Shown: positions 61,689-64,000 of the stretch, one piece after another
Numbering within the stretch: the stretch's first letter is position 1
Layout: the number at the start of each line of letters is the position of its first letter
Source of the DNA: Tabrizicola flagellatus
GTDB lineage: Bacteria > Pseudomonadota > Alphaproteobacteria > Rhodobacterales > Rhodobacteraceae
Assembly: GCF_046295235.1 (NCBI RefSeq)
Contig: NZ_JBKBLV010000003.1
Coordinates: forward strand, 39,589 to 103,588
Direction: 5' to 3'
Length of the DNA: 64,000 nt
Notes under the pieces: generated by a model
Told to the model about the DNA's origin: nothing
Seen by the model: the letters and a program-made list of their open reading frames with translations, nothing else
Database searches by the model: none
Program-made: the position numbers and the translations under genes

Positions 61689-62480
61689 TCAAGCCGAGCG
61701 GGCCAGCGCCGCGGGGCGTTTGCCTTCCGCCCAAGCGACTGCGGCGCGACCGAAGGCCTGGAACAGCGGGCGCGAGACCGGGTCGTTGCCGGCGTTCCAT
61801 TCCGGGTGCCACTGGACCGAGAGGGTGAAGCCCGGTGCGTCCTTGACGTAGATCGCCTCGGGCGTGCCGTCGGGGGCGTAGCCGTCGATCACGATGCGGG
61901 GGCCGGGCCGCGCGATGCCCTGGCCGTGCAGCGAGTTCGTCATAACCTCGCGCGCGCCCATCAGCCGGTGGAACACCCCGCCTTCGGTAAAGGTCACGGC
62001 ATGGCGCAGGGCAAAGCAGTCCTCCAGCGCGCAATCGGGCGGCATGCGGTGGTTCATCCGGCCCGGCAGTTCGCGGATTTCCGGGTGAAGCGTGCCGCCG
62101 AGTGCCACGTTTACCTCCTGGAAGCCGCGGCAGATGCCGAGGAAGGGCTGGCCGCGTTCGACGCAGGCGCGGATCAGGGGCAGCGTGATCGCGTCGCGGC
62201 AGCGGTCGAAGGCGCCATGGGCGGGCGTCTCTTCCTCGCCGTATTCACTGGGGTGGACATTGGGGCGGCCGCCGGTCAGCAGGAAACTGTCGCAGAGGTC
62301 CAGCAGTTCCTCGACCGAGACATAGCGCGGATCGGAGGGGATGATCAGCGGCAGGCAACCCGCGACCTCGGACACCGCGGCGGTGTTCATCGTGCCGGCG
62401 GAATGCGACGGATAGCTGCCGTTGATGAGGTAGCTGTTGCCGATGATCCCGACGACGGGCCTTTGCCCCTTGCGCTTCAC
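61689..62480 (-). CDS. Gamma-glutamyl-gamma-aminobutyrate hydrolase family (peptidase C26)
   Basis: LLTGG, LGICRGFQE, NSLHGQG, VQWHPE. GTG start at 62480 is tentative. Confidence 0.9.
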   Translation of the reverse strand: MKRKGQRPVVGIIGNSYLINGSYPSHSAGTMNTAAVSEVAGCLPLIIPSDPRYVSVEELLDLCDSFLLTGGRPNVHPSEYGEEETPAHGAFDRCRDAITLPLIRACVERGQPFLGICRGFQEVNVALGGTLHPEIRELPGRMNHRMPPDCALEDCFALRHAVTFTEGGVFHRLMGAREVMTNSLHGQGIARPGPRIVIDGYAPDGTPEAIYVKDAPGFTLSVQWHPEWNAGNDPVSRPLFQAFGRAAVAWAEGKRPAALARSA

Positions 62481-62678
62481 CCTTTGCACCGCTTGCGTGG
62501 TTACGTACTGGCAGAAATGATACGCCGAGGCGGCGGCAGCGGAAAGGGGTGCGGTGCGCACAAGTCGCCTCGGCCCGTGCACAGAAGGGTGACAATCGTG
62601 CCTCACGCCGAAATGAGTTTCCTTCCCATGCGGGAAGGTCGCACAAAGCGGCGGAGCAAAAATCCGAGGAGAGCGACG

Positions 62679-63062
62679 ATGCTGAAACCCCTGACCCTCG
62701 CCGTGATGATCGCAGCCGCCGCCGCCGCGGCTACCGCGCTTGCGCAAGAGGCCTCGACCGGTCATGAGGGCCACAAGATGTCAGGCGACATGATGGCGGG
62801 CGACATGGGCCCCGCCGCGATGGCCTTCATGGAGGCCAACACCCGGATGCATGAGGGCATGGCCATCGCCTACACCGGAAATGCCGATGTCGATTTCATC
62901 AAGGGCATGATCCCGCACCATCAGGGCGCGGTCGAGATGGCGAAGATCGTGCTGGAGCACGGCAAGGATCCCGAGGTCCGCAAGCTGGCCGAGGGCATCA
63001 TCGCGGCGCAGGAAGCCGAGATCCAATGGATGCAGGACTGGCTGGCGAAGAACGGCGGCTGA
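62679..63062 (+). CDS. DUF305 (CopM-like) periplasmic Met/His-rich protein
   Basis: Signal peptide, DFIKGMIPHHQGAVEMA, IIAAQEAEI. Confidence 0.9.
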   Translation: MLKPLTLAVMIAAAAAAATALAQEASTGHEGHKMSGDMMAGDMGPAAMAFMEANTRMHEGMAIAYTGNADVDFIKGMIPHHQGAVEMAKIVLEHGKDPEVRKLAEGIIAAQEAEIQWMQDWLAKNGG

Positions 63063-63116
63063 TCCGCTTGGCATCGCGCGGCTGATGTGATCCCCTGCCG
63101 GAAACGGGAGGGGACT

Positions 63117-64000
63117 ATGCATATCCTGATCCTCGGCGCGGCGGGAATGCTTGGCCGCAAGCTGGGCGCGGCCATCACGGGCGGCGCCCTGCCCTTCACG
63201 CGCCTGACGCTGGCCGATGTCGTGGCCCCGGCGCCGGTGCCGGGTGCGACGGTGAAGGTGCTGAACCTGGCCGATCCAGGGGCGGCGGCCAAGGCGGTGC
63301 GGGACCGGCCGGACCTGATCTTCCACCTCGCCGCCGTGGTCTCGGGCGAGGCCGAGGCGGACCTGGCCAAGGGCTATGCCGTCAACCTCGATGCCTCGCG
63401 CGCGCTGTTCGATGCGATTGCCGCCCTACCCGGCTATTGCCCGCGGCTGGTTTTTGCCTCGTCGCTGGCGGTCTTCGGCGCGCCCTTCCCGAAGGTCATC
63501 CCGGACGATTTCCATCTGACCCCGCGCACGAGTTACGGCACGCAGAAGGCGATGACCGAACTTCTGTTGTCGGACTATTCCCGCCGGGAACTTCTGGACG
63601 GGGTCGCGCTGCGCCTGCCGACGATCTGCATCCGGCCCGGCGCGCCGAACCGGGCGGCGTCCGGCTTCTATTCCTCGATCCTGCGCGAACCCCTGAACGG
63701 CCAGCCCGCGACGCTGCCGGTGCGCGACAGCCTGCGGCACTGGTTCGCCAGCCCCCGGGCCGCGACCGGGTTCTTCCTGCAGGCTGCCCGGCTGGATACC
63801 GGGCTGCTTGGCCCCAGCCGGGCCCTGTCGATGCCGGGCCTGTCGGCCAGCATCGCCGAGATGATCGAGGCGCTTCGGCGCGTCGCAGGGCAAGAGGCCG
63901 TGGACCTGATCCGGCACGAGCCCGACCCGGTGATCCAGGCCATCGTCGAACCCTGGGCCGAGGCCTGCGAGGCCAGGACCGCCCGCGACCTGGGGTTCAC
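63117..64000 (+). CDS. denD: NAD-dependent epimerase/dehydratase, D-erythronate dehydrogenase-like (partial, runs off the window)
   Basis: Read by hand: MHILILGAAGMLG, FHLAAVVSGEAE, YGTQK, RLPTI..RPGAPNRAASGFYSSI. Confidence 0.8.
   Translation, partial: MHILILGAAGMLGRKLGAAITGGALPFTRLTLADVVAPAPVPGATVKVLNLADPGAAAKAVRDRPDLIFHLAAVVSGEAEADLAKGYAVNLDASRALFDAIAALPGYCPRLVFASSLAVFGAPFPKVIPDDFHLTPRTSYGTQKAMTELLLSDYSRRELLDGVALRLPTICIRPGAPNRAASGFYSSILREPLNGQPATLPVRDSLRHWFASPRAATGFFLQAARLDTGLLGPSRALSMPGLSASIAEMIEALRRVAGQEAVDLIRHEPDPVIQAIVEPWAEACEARTARDLGF

Overview
High-GC alphaproteobacterial chromosome segment, most likely Rhodobacteraceae (Rhodobacter/Tabrizicola/Gemmobacter-like, inferred from gene content, a GAAC-N7-GAAC LexA box and an FNR box at hemA). 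Most of it is core genome: mmsA, uvrA, lpdA, queA, bcp, an M23 peptidase-bactofilin pair, prfB, PBP1A, amiC, ispG, rodZ-like, hemA, two identical tRNA-Asp, a peptide ABC importer, aroB/aroK, xerD, corC and a partial denD-like gene. The notable accessory block is about 48.7-55.3 kb. It encodes a SARP/BTAD-TPR activator, a 126-aa protein with a nitrile-hydratase-leader (NHLP)-like segment ending in -YFMRHCR, a divergent stand-alone YcaO, a closely linked animal-type heme peroxidase and a lipoprotein. I interpret this as a candidate undescribed RiPP-like peptide-modification system (inference). The window also holds three intergenic repeat families, including five copies of a four-heptamer element with GNA mini-hairpins. 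No CRISPR array, IS element or prophage was seen. All family assignments come from motif recognition by eye; no database searches were run.
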